Assembly: GCA_035556755.1 (NCBI GenBank)
Contig: DATMEP010000096.1
Span: 1,110 to 65,109 of the forward strand
Source of the DNA: Solirubrobacterales bacterium
Lineage (GTDB): Bacteria > Actinomycetota > Thermoleophilia > Solirubrobacterales > 70-9
DNA: 64,000 bases
Direction of reading: 5' to 3'
Shown here: positions 45,887 through 55,241 of the stretch, piece after piece
Layout: each line of letters starts with the position of its first letter
Numbering within the stretch: position 1 is the stretch's first letter
Notes under the pieces: generated by a model
Told to the model about the DNA's origin: nothing
The model's input: only the letters and a program-made list of their open reading frames with translations
The model's database searches: none
Made by a program: the position numbers and the translations under genes

Positions 45887-48271
45887 TCAGGGGGTCTCGG
45901 AGGACTCGTACCAGTCGATCCAGCCGTCGCAGGCGGCGGCGAGCGGGACGAGGCGGCGCGGTCCGGCGGGTACCGCGACCAGGTTGCCGAGCTGCGCCTT
46001 GCCGGCGTAGCCGCTGAGCCGCTGCAGCGTGCTCGGCTCGCTCGCGGCGATCGTGAAGCGGGCGCGGCCGCCGTCGCTGACGATCTCCCCTGCCGGCCAG
46101 AACTGGCCGTCGTTGGCGAGGCTGATCGTGTTCGGGCGCTGGCCGTCGAGGGCCGGCTCGAGGGCCTGGCGGAAGCCGGGGGCGCTGAGGGTCAGCTCGA
46201 AGGGGGAGAAGTACTGCAGCGAGAGCAGCCAGCGGCCGGCGGGCAGCTCCAGCGTCTGGGTGGCGCTCTCGCCGGTGCCGAGCACGTCGCCCGGCACCCA
46301 GCGTGACTTGGGGCCGATCGCCGGCGCCCCGAACAGCGACGCGCGGCCGCCGCTGGCGAGCAGGATGCGGATCTCGGGCGAGGCGCACCCGGCCCATGCC
46401 CCCGCGTCGGTCCCCTCGAGCAGCACGTGGCGGTCGTCGGGCGTTGGGCCAGTCCGCTTCCAGAGCAGGAAGGACGGGGTGGCGGCGACGCGGCGGAAGT
46501 TGGGCGGGGCCTGGCTGTTCCAGGCGGCGCGGCCGGTGATCACGTAGGGGAAGCGGTCGAGCGTGCCCTGGGAGAAGGAGTCGAAGTCGATCGGACTGTA
46601 GGCGTCGCCGGTGTCGAACGGCTTTTCGGGGTTGTGCGCGACCTCTTCGTCGGGGAACTCGACCAGCGGCACGTGGGTGTCGGCACCGAGCAGCTCGTAG
46701 GCGGCGTAGCGGTCCTGGCCGGCGTAGAGGACGGGTTCGCCTTCCAGCTTCGGCAGGAAGGAGCGCAGCTCGGCGCCGTGGCCGGGCGGCCCGACCGGCG
46801 CGTCGCGCAGCGCGAGCAGGCTCGAGTAGGCGGCGCCGCCGACGAAGACGACGGCGAGTAGGAACCAGCCCAGCCGCACGATCGACGCCGAGTTCGCGTT
46901 TAGTCGCGCTATTCGAGAAGAAGTGCGAACTCGATCTGGCCAAGCCTCGGCGAGCAGCGGCCGGATCGCGACCAGCATCGCCAGCGGCGCGGCGATCATC
47001 AGCGCCTTGGCCTGGGAGTAGTCGCCGCTGGTGGGGAGGGCGGCGAGGTAGAGAGCCGCGCAGGCGGCGAGCCCGATCGGCACGGCGAGCTCGCGCCGGC
47101 GAACCCACCAGGCGGCGCCGAGCGCCACCGCGAGCACCCCGATCGCCCCCGCGAGGCCGGTCAGCTGGGGGCCGCCGGGCGCGTCGAGGCGGTAGTTCGA
47201 CGATGGCCAGACGCCGAGCGCCTCGATCGGCGAGACGGCGCCGTAGGTGTTGGCCCCGGCCACTTTGTTGAAGGTGTGGACGAAGCCGAACGGGCCGACC
47301 AGCGTCGCCGCGACCGCGAGCCCGCCCAGCGGCGCGACGATCGCCAGCGTCGCCGGGCGCAGCAGGGTGCGCAGCAGCGCCCGGGGGGCCAGCGCCGAGC
47401 GCACCTCGGGCAGGGTCAGGCTCCACAGCGCCAGGATCGCGATCGGCCAGGCGAGTCCGGCGAAGCTGTAGGAGAAGAAGATGCCGCCGGCGAGCGCCAG
47501 GTAGGGAAGGGCGAAGCGGAGCCGCGCGACGGCGCCGGTGGGGAGGGGGCCGGGGTCGCGCAGGGCGATCGCGAAGGCGAGCACGAAGAGGGCCTCGGCG
47601 GTCTCCTTGAAGGCGCCCTGGGCGAAGTAGGAGGCAGCCAGGTAGGGGACGGCGACCATCGTTGCGGCGAGCAGGCGCCGCCGGGGGCCGAAGCCGGGCA
47701 GGGCGCCGAGCGCGGTGAGGCCGGTGAGGATGCCGATCGCGAAGACCTCGCCGACAAAGGCCTGGCCGAGCCCGATGCCCGGCACGGCGGCGATCGCCAC
47801 CGCGAGGCCGTGCGGGCCGAGCGGGTAGCCGGGCTCCGGCGTCGGCCCGAAGCCGCTGCGCAGCCACTCGGCCCAGGCCAGGTGGAGGCCGAGGTCGTTG
47901 TTGAAGCCGACACCGAGCAGGCCCCAGCGGGCCGTCATCGCGAAGGGGATCGAGAGCACGAGGGCGACGACGAGCGCGACCGGGAGGCCCTGCCGCAGCG
48001 CCTCGCGGTCCCAACGCCACCGCGGTCCCAACGCCACGATCGCCGCCGCCGCGACGATCAGCAGGCCCAGGCCCAGCGTCGCCGAGGCGCCGTGCCCCGG
48101 CGCCCGGGCGAGGACCCCGGTCACCGTCAGCACCGCGCCGAAGCCGGCCGCCGGCGCCAGCCACGACCACGAGTCGCGCCCCGCGACGGAGAGCAGCGCG
48201 CGTCCGACGAGCAGCGAGGCGGCGCAGATCAACGCCGCCGAGGCGTAGGTCCCGATCATCAGCGAGGGCAA
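45887..48271 (-). CDS. Large polytopic membrane protein with a C-terminal extracytoplasmic domain (GT-C-like glycosyltransferase suspected)
   Basis: 794 aa with about 12+ TM segments in the first ~480 aa, then a soluble domain. No firm motif is recognised, so the function is inferred. Confidence 0.5.
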   Translation of the reverse strand: MPSLMIGTYASAALICAASLLVGRALLSVAGRDSWSWLAPAAGFGAVLTVTGVLARAPGHGASATLGLGLLIVAAAAIVALGPRWRWDREALRQGLPVALVVALVLSIPFAMTARWGLLGVGFNNDLGLHLAWAEWLRSGFGPTPEPGYPLGPHGLAVAIAAVPGIGLGQAFVGEVFAIGILTGLTALGALPGFGPRRRLLAATMVAVPYLAASYFAQGAFKETAEALFVLAFAIALRDPGPLPTGAVARLRFALPYLALAGGIFFSYSFAGLAWPIAILALWSLTLPEVRSALAPRALLRTLLRPATLAIVAPLGGLAVAATLVGPFGFVHTFNKVAGANTYGAVSPIEALGVWPSSNYRLDAPGGPQLTGLAGAIGVLAVALGAAWWVRRRELAVPIGLAACAALYLAALPTSGDYSQAKALMIAAPLAMLVAIRPLLAEAWPDRVRTSSRIARLNANSASIVRLGWFLLAVVFVGGAAYSSLLALRDAPVGPPGHGAELRSFLPKLEGEPVLYAGQDRYAAYELLGADTHVPLVEFPDEEVAHNPEKPFDTGDAYSPIDFDSFSQGTLDRFPYVITGRAAWNSQAPPNFRRVAATPSFLLWKRTGPTPDDRHVLLEGTDAGAWAGCASPEIRILLASGGRASLFGAPAIGPKSRWVPGDVLGTGESATQTLELPAGRWLLSLQYFSPFELTLSAPGFRQALEPALDGQRPNTISLANDGQFWPAGEIVSDGGRARFTIAASEPSTLQRLSGYAGKAQLGNLVAVPAGPRRLVPLAAACDGWIDWYESSETP

Positions 48272-48322
48272 CCTATGACAGCGGTCGGCCGCGGCGCGGC
48301 CCGCCCACGACGCGCAGTCGCC

Positions 48323-49069
48323 TCAGTAGCGCTCGGCAGCGCGCTCCAGGGTCTCGCGCAGGTTGTCGCCGCGCAGCGGCCCCTCGTGCCCGGCGCAGAC
48401 GATGGCCGGTTCCAGCGCTGCCAGCCGCCGCACCGACTCCTTCGCTTTGGCGTGGTTCCAGGCCCAAGCGGGGTGGGGAACGCTCGCCTCACCCTGCGGC
48501 AGCGGTTTCAGCCGCCCCGAGTCGACGAAGTAGACGACGTCGCTGACGATCGCCAGCCGGTCGCTCTCGCGCCAGAGGCCGATCAGGCCCGGCGCGTGGC
48601 CGGGGAAGTGCAGGACGCGGAAGCCCGCCACCTCGTCGCCCTCCGAGACCGTGCCGTCGATCTTCACCGCGCCGCCGTCCCAGCGCCGCAGCAGGAGAGG
48701 GTAGATCCAGCGGATCGGGGCAACCGGCAGCTGCGAGAGGTCGAAGTAGGGGGCGATCGAGGCGTCGCTTTCGGCGTCGGTGACGTCGTCGGCGTGGCAG
48801 TGGACCGGGACGCCCATGTACGGCGCGGTGCCACGGTGGTCGGCGTGGGCGTGGCCGAGCACGACCCGCTTCAGTCCGCCGAGGCTCTCCGCCGCCTTCC
48901 GTGCCGCCTTCGTCATCGACTTGGTGCCGGCGTCGAACTGGACGACGCCGTCCCCGTCGTCGAGGAAGTAGACGTTCATCGCCCCGCGGAAGTCCCCGCG
49001 CAGCAGCCAGACCCCGTCCGCGATCCTCTCCATGCCAGCCAGCCTACCCGCGACTAGGCTGCCGGTCAT
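48323..49069 (-). CDS. MBL-fold metallo-hydrolase
   Basis: 248 aa with the VVLGHAHADHRG motif. Confidence 0.85.
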   Translation of the reverse strand: MTGSLVAGRLAGMERIADGVWLLRGDFRGAMNVYFLDDGDGVVQFDAGTKSMTKAARKAAESLGGLKRVVLGHAHADHRGTAPYMGVPVHCHADDVTDAESDASIAPYFDLSQLPVAPIRWIYPLLLRRWDGGAVKIDGTVSEGDEVAGFRVLHFPGHAPGLIGLWRESDRLAIVSDVVYFVDSGRLKPLPQGEASVPHPAWAWNHAKAKESVRRLAALEPAIVCAGHEGPLRGDNLRETLERAAERY

Positions 49070-49217
49070 GCCGACTCTCTGGAAAGTCGGGCTGGCGATC
49101 CTCGTCGCCTGCCTGCTCGCCTCGATGGCGATCGCGGTCGTCCGCCTGGCGACGACGCCGACCGAGATCCTCGGCGACGGTTTCCGCGGTCTTCCCGCGC
49201 GCCACTCGGCGCGTTAG
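49068..49217 (+). CDS. Possible small membrane protein
   Basis: 49 aa with one TM helix (VGLAILVACLLASMAIAVV). No other support. Confidence 0.25.
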   Translation: MPTLWKVGLAILVACLLASMAIAVVRLATTPTEILGDGFRGLPARHSAR

Positions 49218-49226
49218 TATCACCGC

Positions 49227-49670
49227 GTGTTCTCGCGCATCGTGGTAGGGACGGATGGGTCGGAGACCGCCGCCGAGGCGGTCCGGCAGGCTGCCGACCT
49301 GGCCAAGCTCTCCGGCGCCCAGCTCAGCATCGTCAGCGCCTACGAGCCCGTCTCCAAACGCCGCACCGAGGGCGAGCAGCTGGACGCCCCGGCGGACGTC
49401 CAGCACCAGCTCGGCCCCCGCGAGGACGTCAACCTCGTGCTCGAGGCCGCCGCCGCGGCGGCGAAGAAGGAGGGCCTGGAGGTCCAGACCCACCCGGTCG
49501 AGGGCAACCCCGCCGACGCGATCCTCACCGTCGCCGAGGACACCAACGCCGACCTGATCGTCGTCGGCAACAAAGGGATGACCGGGGCGCGCCGCTTCTT
49601 GCTCGGCAGCGTCCCCAACAACGTCTCCCACCACGCTCCCTGCAGCGTCCTCGTAGTCCGCACGACCTAG
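49227..49670 (+). CDS. Universal stress protein (UspA family)
   Basis: 147 aa with ..IVVGTDGS.., ..VVGNKGMTG..LGSV..HHAPCSVLVV. Confidence 0.9.
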   Translation: MFSRIVVGTDGSETAAEAVRQAADLAKLSGAQLSIVSAYEPVSKRRTEGEQLDAPADVQHQLGPREDVNLVLEAAAAAAKKEGLEVQTHPVEGNPADAILTVAEDTNADLIVVGNKGMTGARRFLLGSVPNNVSHHAPCSVLVVRTT

Positions 49671-49713
49671 CGGCTTACCCGGAGGCCGCGTCCGCGGCCC
49701 CCGGGGTGCATCC

Positions 49714-50334
49714 TTATCCTGTTTCTTCGTAGTCGAGTTCGACTGGAGTTCCGTTGCTTGTCTCCAGTGTGAATTTGCCCTCGATCGCGCCGACCGGGGG
49801 GCAGCCCGGCCCAGTCCCGGTGAGGGCGGACTGTGTGATCTCGAATTCATCGACCCCCCATCCGCGCCCTTCTAGGTGAGCGGTGCCCGCGAAATGACAT
49901 GTCTGGAGCGGCGTCGTGTGATTCACATCGCTGGGGTGGTATATGTGGTCTATCAATGTCACGCCAACGTTTCCTGTGCCCCATGTATTGATTGTCAGGT
50001 TTTGGACGACTGTCAAATCTGTGATTGTCACTCGGAAACCGTTCTCTGCAACTGTGCAGTGTTCGGTTGTTCCTTCTCCCAGTGGGTTGAGGACGACATG
50101 GCCTCCCGGGCCGTTCGTGACAACTTCGAAGTGAAGCATCACTTTTGTGCAAACAATCGTGCCTTGGCTCGTTGTTATCTTTAGATCGGTGCTTGTAGCT
50201 GTGACGCCTGCGCCAGCTGCGAGTTTCTGTGTGTCCTCTGTCAGTGTGACTTCGGCCTGAGCAGCCGCCGGCGCCGTGACGGCGATTACCGTTAGCGCTA
50301 TGCTGCCGAATAGCAGAATTCTCTTGATGCTCAT
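49714..50334 (-). CDS. Secreted 4-Cys beta-rich protein, divergent member (paralog 1) of the island family
   Basis: 206 aa from the ATG at 50334. The signal peptide is MSIKRILLFGSIALTVIAVTAPAAAQA. It shares VTITDLTV and four Cys with the other paralogs and lies in an A+T-richer patch. Confidence 0.7.
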   Translation of the reverse strand: MSIKRILLFGSIALTVIAVTAPAAAQAEVTLTEDTQKLAAGAGVTATSTDLKITTSQGTIVCTKVMLHFEVVTNGPGGHVVLNPLGEGTTEHCTVAENGFRVTITDLTVVQNLTINTWGTGNVGVTLIDHIYHPSDVNHTTPLQTCHFAGTAHLEGRGWGVDEFEITQSALTGTGPGCPPVGAIEGKFTLETSNGTPVELDYEETG

Positions 50335-50493
50335 CTCTTTCCCTTCATGGTCGTAGCTCATCCCCCATTCGGGGGATGAGCGATCCATAACGGGGAAGCT
50401 CTAGTTAGTCAATAAATATTGAGCTTAAGACACGCAAATTTGTCTACAGCGACAAGTCGGGTGGCCGCGGCTGCGCCGCACTGACGACCTCGG

Positions 50494-50847
50494 CTATCTC
50501 TCGCCCTCAGGCACCCTGAAGATCTGCTTCAGCTGCTCGTCGTGGTGACCGAGCTTTGCTCCAGTCTCTCGCTCAAGCTCTTCGAGCCGTTCTTCAATCG
50601 CAGAGTATGAAGCTGCAATGCGGCGAAGCTCGACGAATACCCGCATGATCTCTACCAGCGGACGGTTCCGACGACCCCCGTGCCCTCCACTTGAAATCAC
50701 AAATTGTGATTTCAAGTCGCTGAACTCTTGCGCGGACAGCTGGAACATGAAGCCGTCGGGAAAGCGCTTGATGTTGCGTTTTACTTGCAGAACCAGGACC
50801 CTGGTCTCGACGCCGTAAAGGACTGCGAGATCCTCATCGAGCATCAC
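50494..50847 (-). pseudogene. ORF6N-domain (phage/KilA-N-related) gene remnant
   Basis: ..VMLDEDLAVLYGVETRVL.QVKRNIKRFPDGFMFQL..LKSQFV matches the ORF6N pattern as I remember it. The frame is open upstream (..EKRILVVRERQ) with no start codon. About 25 aa appear to be missing internally after GGRRN. Confidence 0.55.
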
Positions 50848-51040
50848 TTGGCGCTCACGAACGACCAGGATCCTCTTCTCGGTTGCTGGAGTTGCGATTA
50901 GCCCTGCGAGACCTTATTTCCTGCCGAGTCGACCATCGACGCAGGGCTGCAGATGCGTCGGAAGCTATTGTCTGCAGTCGGGATCGCAATTTGCGAGAAG
51001 TGAGGATAATTCGCCAACGAAGCCCTTTTGCTGAGCGCTT

Positions 51041-52390
51041 CTACAACGACGGATCGGTGGCCGCAGCCGCGTCGATAAGGCCGGCGCCCTGCCGCGTCGC
51101 CGCCAGGCCGAGGTTGCGGGCGGTCGCGCCCAGCCGCCGGGCCACCCGGTTCACCGTGCCGCGGGGCGAGGTCTTCGGCGGCAGCACCCCGCTGGCCAGG
51201 ACCATCGCCGCGACGCCGGAGACGTGGGCGGCGGCCATCGAGGTGCCGACGTAGTTGGCGGGCTCGCCGAAGCGGCGCGTGTCCCCGCCCTTCAAGGTCA
51301 CCTGGTAGATCGGCCGCGACCAGACCGAGGGGCAGCCGGGCACGGGCGCACCGCCGCCGGGGGCAACGACGTCGATCCCGTCGCCGGTCAGCGAGTAGCC
51401 ACCGAGGCAGCCGCCCTCGGTGGCGCCGCCGACGCCGATCACGCGCGGGCCGGTGGAGGGCGGTGAGACGCAGGTCTCGGCGCCCAGGTTGCCGACCGAG
51501 GCCACGGTCACGACCCCTTTCTCGTAGGCGCGGCGCAGCTCCTCGTTGATTCCGGGGACGCGCTTGCCGCAACCGAAGTTGAAGCTCATGTTGATCACGT
51601 CGGCGCCGTTGTCGACGGCGAAGCGGATTCCCCTGGCGATGTCGTCGGCCTCGCCGGCTCCGTGCTTGTCGAGGACCCGCACCGGCATCAGCTTGGCGCG
51701 GTAGGCGAGCCCTGCCAGCCCGATGCCGTTGTCGGTCTTCTCGCCGATCGTCCCGGCGATGTGGGTGCCGTGGCCGTTTTCGTCGAGTGGTAGGGAGTCG
51801 CCGGCAACGAAGTCGTAGCCCTTGACGAACTGGCCGGTGGCGAAGTCGGGACTGCGCAGGAAGCGCGGGGACATCGAGCGGTAGGCAACGCCGGTGTCGA
51901 GGACGGCGACGACGATTCCCTGGGCGCCGGGGCGCTTTGCCTCGATCAGGTTCTGCCAGGCGCCCACCGCGTCGATCCCGCCCGGCGAGGTCGGCAGCAG
52001 TGCGGTCGGCGCGCCTTCCCAGGGCAGCAGGTTCCACTGCAGTGAGGTCCAGCCCCCGGGCGCGCCGGGCGGGCCTTCGATCGGGCCCGGGTCGTTGGGT
52101 ATCCCCGTGCTGGTCAGCAGCGGCTTCGTGGCCGAGGCGGTGGCGATGTAGTTGGGGGCGGCGTAGGAAACCCGCGGCCTACGCCGCAGCGCCGCCGTGG
52201 CCCGGTGCACGCCGACGCCGGGTGGCAGGTCTACGGAGCGCCCAACTCGCTGGCCCTCGAGCTTGACGACGACCTCGCCGGGCACGAAGGCGCGCGCCGG
52301 CGAGACACCAGTAGCCGCCGCGGCTGGGGCCGTCGCGAAGGCGCCCGCGAGCAGGGCAGAGGCAGCGAAGGTCGTCAGGCGTCGGCTCAT
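51041..52390 (-). CDS. Secreted S8-family (subtilisin-like) serine peptidase
   Basis: 449 aa with a signal peptide and a catalytic triad context of VLDTGV, HGTHIAG and GTSMAAAHVSG. G+C-rich like the core genome. Confidence 0.9.
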   Translation of the reverse strand: MSRRLTTFAASALLAGAFATAPAAAATGVSPARAFVPGEVVVKLEGQRVGRSVDLPPGVGVHRATAALRRRPRVSYAAPNYIATASATKPLLTSTGIPNDPGPIEGPPGAPGGWTSLQWNLLPWEGAPTALLPTSPGGIDAVGAWQNLIEAKRPGAQGIVVAVLDTGVAYRSMSPRFLRSPDFATGQFVKGYDFVAGDSLPLDENGHGTHIAGTIGEKTDNGIGLAGLAYRAKLMPVRVLDKHGAGEADDIARGIRFAVDNGADVINMSFNFGCGKRVPGINEELRRAYEKGVVTVASVGNLGAETCVSPPSTGPRVIGVGGATEGGCLGGYSLTGDGIDVVAPGGGAPVPGCPSVWSRPIYQVTLKGGDTRRFGEPANYVGTSMAAAHVSGVAAMVLASGVLPPKTSPRGTVNRVARRLGATARNLGLAATRQGAGLIDAAAATDPSL

Positions 52391-52464
52391 GTCGGATCGG
52401 CTCGCGTAAATCCCTGCAGTGGAGCGAGCAATCAGCTAACACCGGCCGGCCCGCGAAGTTGTAG

Positions 52465-52953
52465 GTGGCACATACTCTCCGATCGATGCCGGACGAGTCG
52501 CTCGACGCCCAGCACCGCCGCCTGATGGGCCTGGCGATCGAGCGCGCCCGCGAGGCGGAGCAGCACGGCGACGTCCCGATCGGGGCCGTGGTGGCCCGCG
52601 AGGGCCAGGTGCTCAGCGCCGCCGGCAACGAGCGGGAGCTGCGCAAGGACCCCACCGCCCACGCCGAGATCCTCGCGATCCGCGCCGCGGCCGAGGCGCT
52701 CGGAGGTTGGCGCCTGCCTGGCACGACCCTCTACGTGACGCTGGAGCCCTGTGCGATGTGCGCCGGGGCGATCGTCCTCGCTCGCATCCCCACCGTCGTC
52801 TTCGGCGCCTCCGATCCGAAGGCCGGCGCCGCCGGCAGCGTCCTCGACGTCCTCGGCGAGCCCGCGCTCAACCACCGCCCCCAGGTGGTCGGTGGCCTGA
52901 TGGAGCCCGAGTGCGCAGCCCTCCTGCGCGATTTCTTCGCCAGCCGCCGCTGA
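52465..52953 (+). CDS. tadA: tRNA adenosine(34) deaminase
   Basis: 162 aa with HAEILAI and PCAMCAGA zinc motifs. An alternative ATG is at 52486. Confidence 0.9.
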   Translation: MAHTLRSMPDESLDAQHRRLMGLAIERAREAEQHGDVPIGAVVAREGQVLSAAGNERELRKDPTAHAEILAIRAAAEALGGWRLPGTTLYVTLEPCAMCAGAIVLARIPTVVFGASDPKAGAAGSVLDVLGEPALNHRPQVVGGLMEPECAALLRDFFASRR

Positions 52954-52975
52954 ACGAATACCCTTTGGCCAACCG

Positions 52976-53065
52976 GAGAGGTGTCCGAGTGGCTTAAGGA
53001 GCGCGACTGGAAATCGCGTGGGCGGGGTTAACCCGCCTCGTGGGTTCGAATCCCACCCTCTCCGC
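52976..53065 (+). tRNA. tRNA-Ser (anticodon GGA)
   Basis: The 90-nt class II cloverleaf has acceptor ggagagg/cctctcc. The anticodon arm is cgcga-ctGGAaa-tcgcg, the long variable arm is gggcggggttaacccgcctc and the T-arm is gtggg-ttcgaat-cccac. CCA is not encoded. Confidence 0.95.
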
Positions 53066-53271
53066 TCCTAGCGCTTCACCGTTCGATGAAAGATACGGCG
53101 GTCCTCAAACTACATAAAGTATTAATAAAATTCTCTTGATTATTTCCCCTAGGATGGTGGCGGAGATGGCGTCGATTTGCAAGGGAAGGCGCTGGCATAG
53201 GACTCGATACGCACAAGGGGAATCCGGAGTTAGGCAACGGGCCGGCTCGCACGAGTCGGTCGCGGGTCCCG

Positions 53272-54285
53272 GTGCTGGCAGGCAGCCGAGCGCTTTCGAT
53301 CTTTGCCTATGCGCTGAACGCGCGAACCCTGCGGGCCCACGCCGATGGCGCGCTGCGAGCGAGTGACCTAGAAGAGACAATCGGCTGGGCGCCGCAGACG
53401 AGTCTCCGGGCTGCCGTGGCCAACCTCTGCGAGCTGGGCGTCCTCGCCAAGCGGGATCCCAGCAGCGAGTCAAGGTGCCTTACTACCGAGATCACCTCGG
53501 CCGGCCGTGACCTCCTCACGGTCGCCGATCGGCTCGAGTATTGGCTGCTGCACGCCCCGAAGGGCCCGATCCAGCTCGACGGCGCCGCCGCTGCAGGCGC
53601 GATCAGGGCGCTGATCGGCGGCTGGGACTCGACTATCGTCAGAGTGCTCGCGGAGCGGCCTCTCACGCTGACCGAGCTCAACTCCGAAATCCCGGACATA
53701 AGCTATCCGGCGCTTGAGCGTCGTCTGTCCAAGCTGCGCTCCACGAATCTCGTCACCGCAATCGAGAGCACGGGCAAGGGCAAGCCCTATGCCGTGAGCG
53801 ACTGGCTCTGCCACGCGATTGCCCCACTTGCCGTCGCGGGACGGTGGGAGCGAAGCTATATGGCCGACAATGTCGCCCCTATCTCCCATGTCGAGGTCGA
53901 GGCTTCGTTCCTGCTCACCCTTCGGTTGGTGGAACTTTCCCACAGCACTACCGGAGCCTGCGCGCTTGCCGTGCTCACGTCAGCAGGAGATGCCGGAGGG
54001 GAGGAGAGGCAGGTGGCCGGCGTCACCCTTGGGGTGCGGGAGGGAGAGATTGTCTCCTGCAGCTCCGATACCGCCTCCGACCCACCCACGTGGGCGCTGG
54101 GCACCTCGGACGCTTGGCTCGAAGCTGTGGTCGACGGCCGTCTCGATGCTCTTCGAGTTCGAGGCGCCAAACCGGACCTACCGATGAACATCGTCCAAGA
54201 CATCCACGATCTCCTCTTCCCGCCGTTAAGTACCGCAAATTTGCGCGTGTTAGACACCGACTTACAGCGATTTGCAGGCAGATAA
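53272..54285 (+). CDS. Tandem winged-helix (HxlR-like) transcriptional regulator with a C-terminal SCP2-like region
   Basis: 337 aa. The second wHTH is WDSTIVRVLAERPLTLTELNSEIPDISYPALERRLSKLRSTNLV. It is the first gene of the A+T-richer island. Confidence 0.6.
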   Translation: MLAGSRALSIFAYALNARTLRAHADGALRASDLEETIGWAPQTSLRAAVANLCELGVLAKRDPSSESRCLTTEITSAGRDLLTVADRLEYWLLHAPKGPIQLDGAAAAGAIRALIGGWDSTIVRVLAERPLTLTELNSEIPDISYPALERRLSKLRSTNLVTAIESTGKGKPYAVSDWLCHAIAPLAVAGRWERSYMADNVAPISHVEVEASFLLTLRLVELSHSTTGACALAVLTSAGDAGGEERQVAGVTLGVREGEIVSCSSDTASDPPTWALGTSDAWLEAVVDGRLDALRVRGAKPDLPMNIVQDIHDLLFPPLSTANLRVLDTDLQRFAGR

Positions 54286-54428
54286 CCCGAGATCCATGAA
54301 CCCCGCCGGTTTCTCGTGTCGCCTTCCGCAAAGTTTTTCTTGACTGTTCTCTAGTTCTTCCGTTATTGATCGCCATGTCCCCGGCCATCCGGGGATAGGG
54401 AAACCAATTCAATAGGGAAGGGAATTCG

Positions 54429-55007
54429 ATGAACCTCAAGCGCATCATGCTGGTCGCCAGCATGGCACTCGCCTTGGTCGCCGTTGCCGCTCCGGCATCC
54501 GCATCGGCGAACTGGCTGAAACACCATAAACCGATCACCCAAAACGAGCATATTGAAGTCGAGGGTGTACTGGGTTTCGCGATCCCGGGGGTTGCTTCTT
54601 ATAGGTGCGAAATAGATATTACAGCCACACTATTCGCCGGAACCACAACAGGTGAGATTGACACATTTGACATCACAACAAATAAATGCGTAGGTGAAGG
54701 TGGGTTGCAAGCCTGCACCTTGAAAGGTGACCACACCTTTGATCTCCCATGGGAGATGCATGTCGAAACAAATGAAGCCGGCGAACCTGACATAACCATT
54801 ACAGACGTCACAATCACAAATACATATAACGACAATACACCTAACTGCCCGGTACATGACAGCACTGTTATCTTCCCGGCAGTGACAGCAACGCCCGATA
54901 ATCCGACCACAATGAGTACCCTAACCGTTTCGGGAACGGGTGCCGGTGGTATCCAGGCATTCGGTACGGCTTCGGTTACACCCAAAGCTACATTCGGAAT
55001 CGAATAG
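54429..55007 (+). CDS. Secreted 4-Cys beta-rich protein, island family paralog 2
   Basis: 192 aa with signal peptide MNLKRIMLVASMALALVAVAAPASASA and motifs YRCE, TTNKCVG, LPWEMHV, ITITDVTIT and SVTPKATFGIE. Confidence 0.8.
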   Translation: MNLKRIMLVASMALALVAVAAPASASANWLKHHKPITQNEHIEVEGVLGFAIPGVASYRCEIDITATLFAGTTTGEIDTFDITTNKCVGEGGLQACTLKGDHTFDLPWEMHVETNEAGEPDITITDVTITNTYNDNTPNCPVHDSTVIFPAVTATPDNPTTMSTLTVSGTGAGGIQAFGTASVTPKATFGIE

Positions 55008-55049
55008 CCGTTTGAGTGCACCTCACAGCGCTGCTGCGGGGTGATCTAA

Positions 55050-55096
55050 GTGGGGCCGCGTAGCCCAAAACTACGCGGCCCACTTTAGAAAATTTT
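55050..55096 (+). terminator. Intrinsic terminator after paralog 2
   Basis: gtggggccgcgtag / ctacgcggcccac form a 13-bp stem with one bulge. The loop is cccaaaa and tttagaaaatttt follows. Confidence 0.65.
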
Positions 55097-55126
55097 CGAG
55101 TTCCTTAACAAGCTTACGTGTAAATG

Positions 55127-55156
55127 TTGACAAGACCTCAGTTGTACCTCTATGGT
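55127..55156 (+). promoter_or_regulatory. Candidate sigma70-type promoter for the 775/1304-aa operon
   Basis: TTGACA (55127..55132), an 18-nt spacer, then TATGGT (55151..55156), about 85 nt upstream of the GTG at 55242. Confidence 0.35.
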
Positions 55157-55241
55157 GCCGACTGGCTCGATTGTGTCGGGCTAGTCGATTTGGGCAATAG
55201 GGAGAGCCCGGCGTGGGGCCGGGCGCGAGGGGGGGGACGAA

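Noticed and set aside
49714-50388. Upstream ATG (50388) as the start of paralog 1
   Set aside because: It would place 18 polar residues before the signal peptide and would translate through the leader hairpin. Alignment with the other paralogs and the purine-rich SD support the ATG at 50334.
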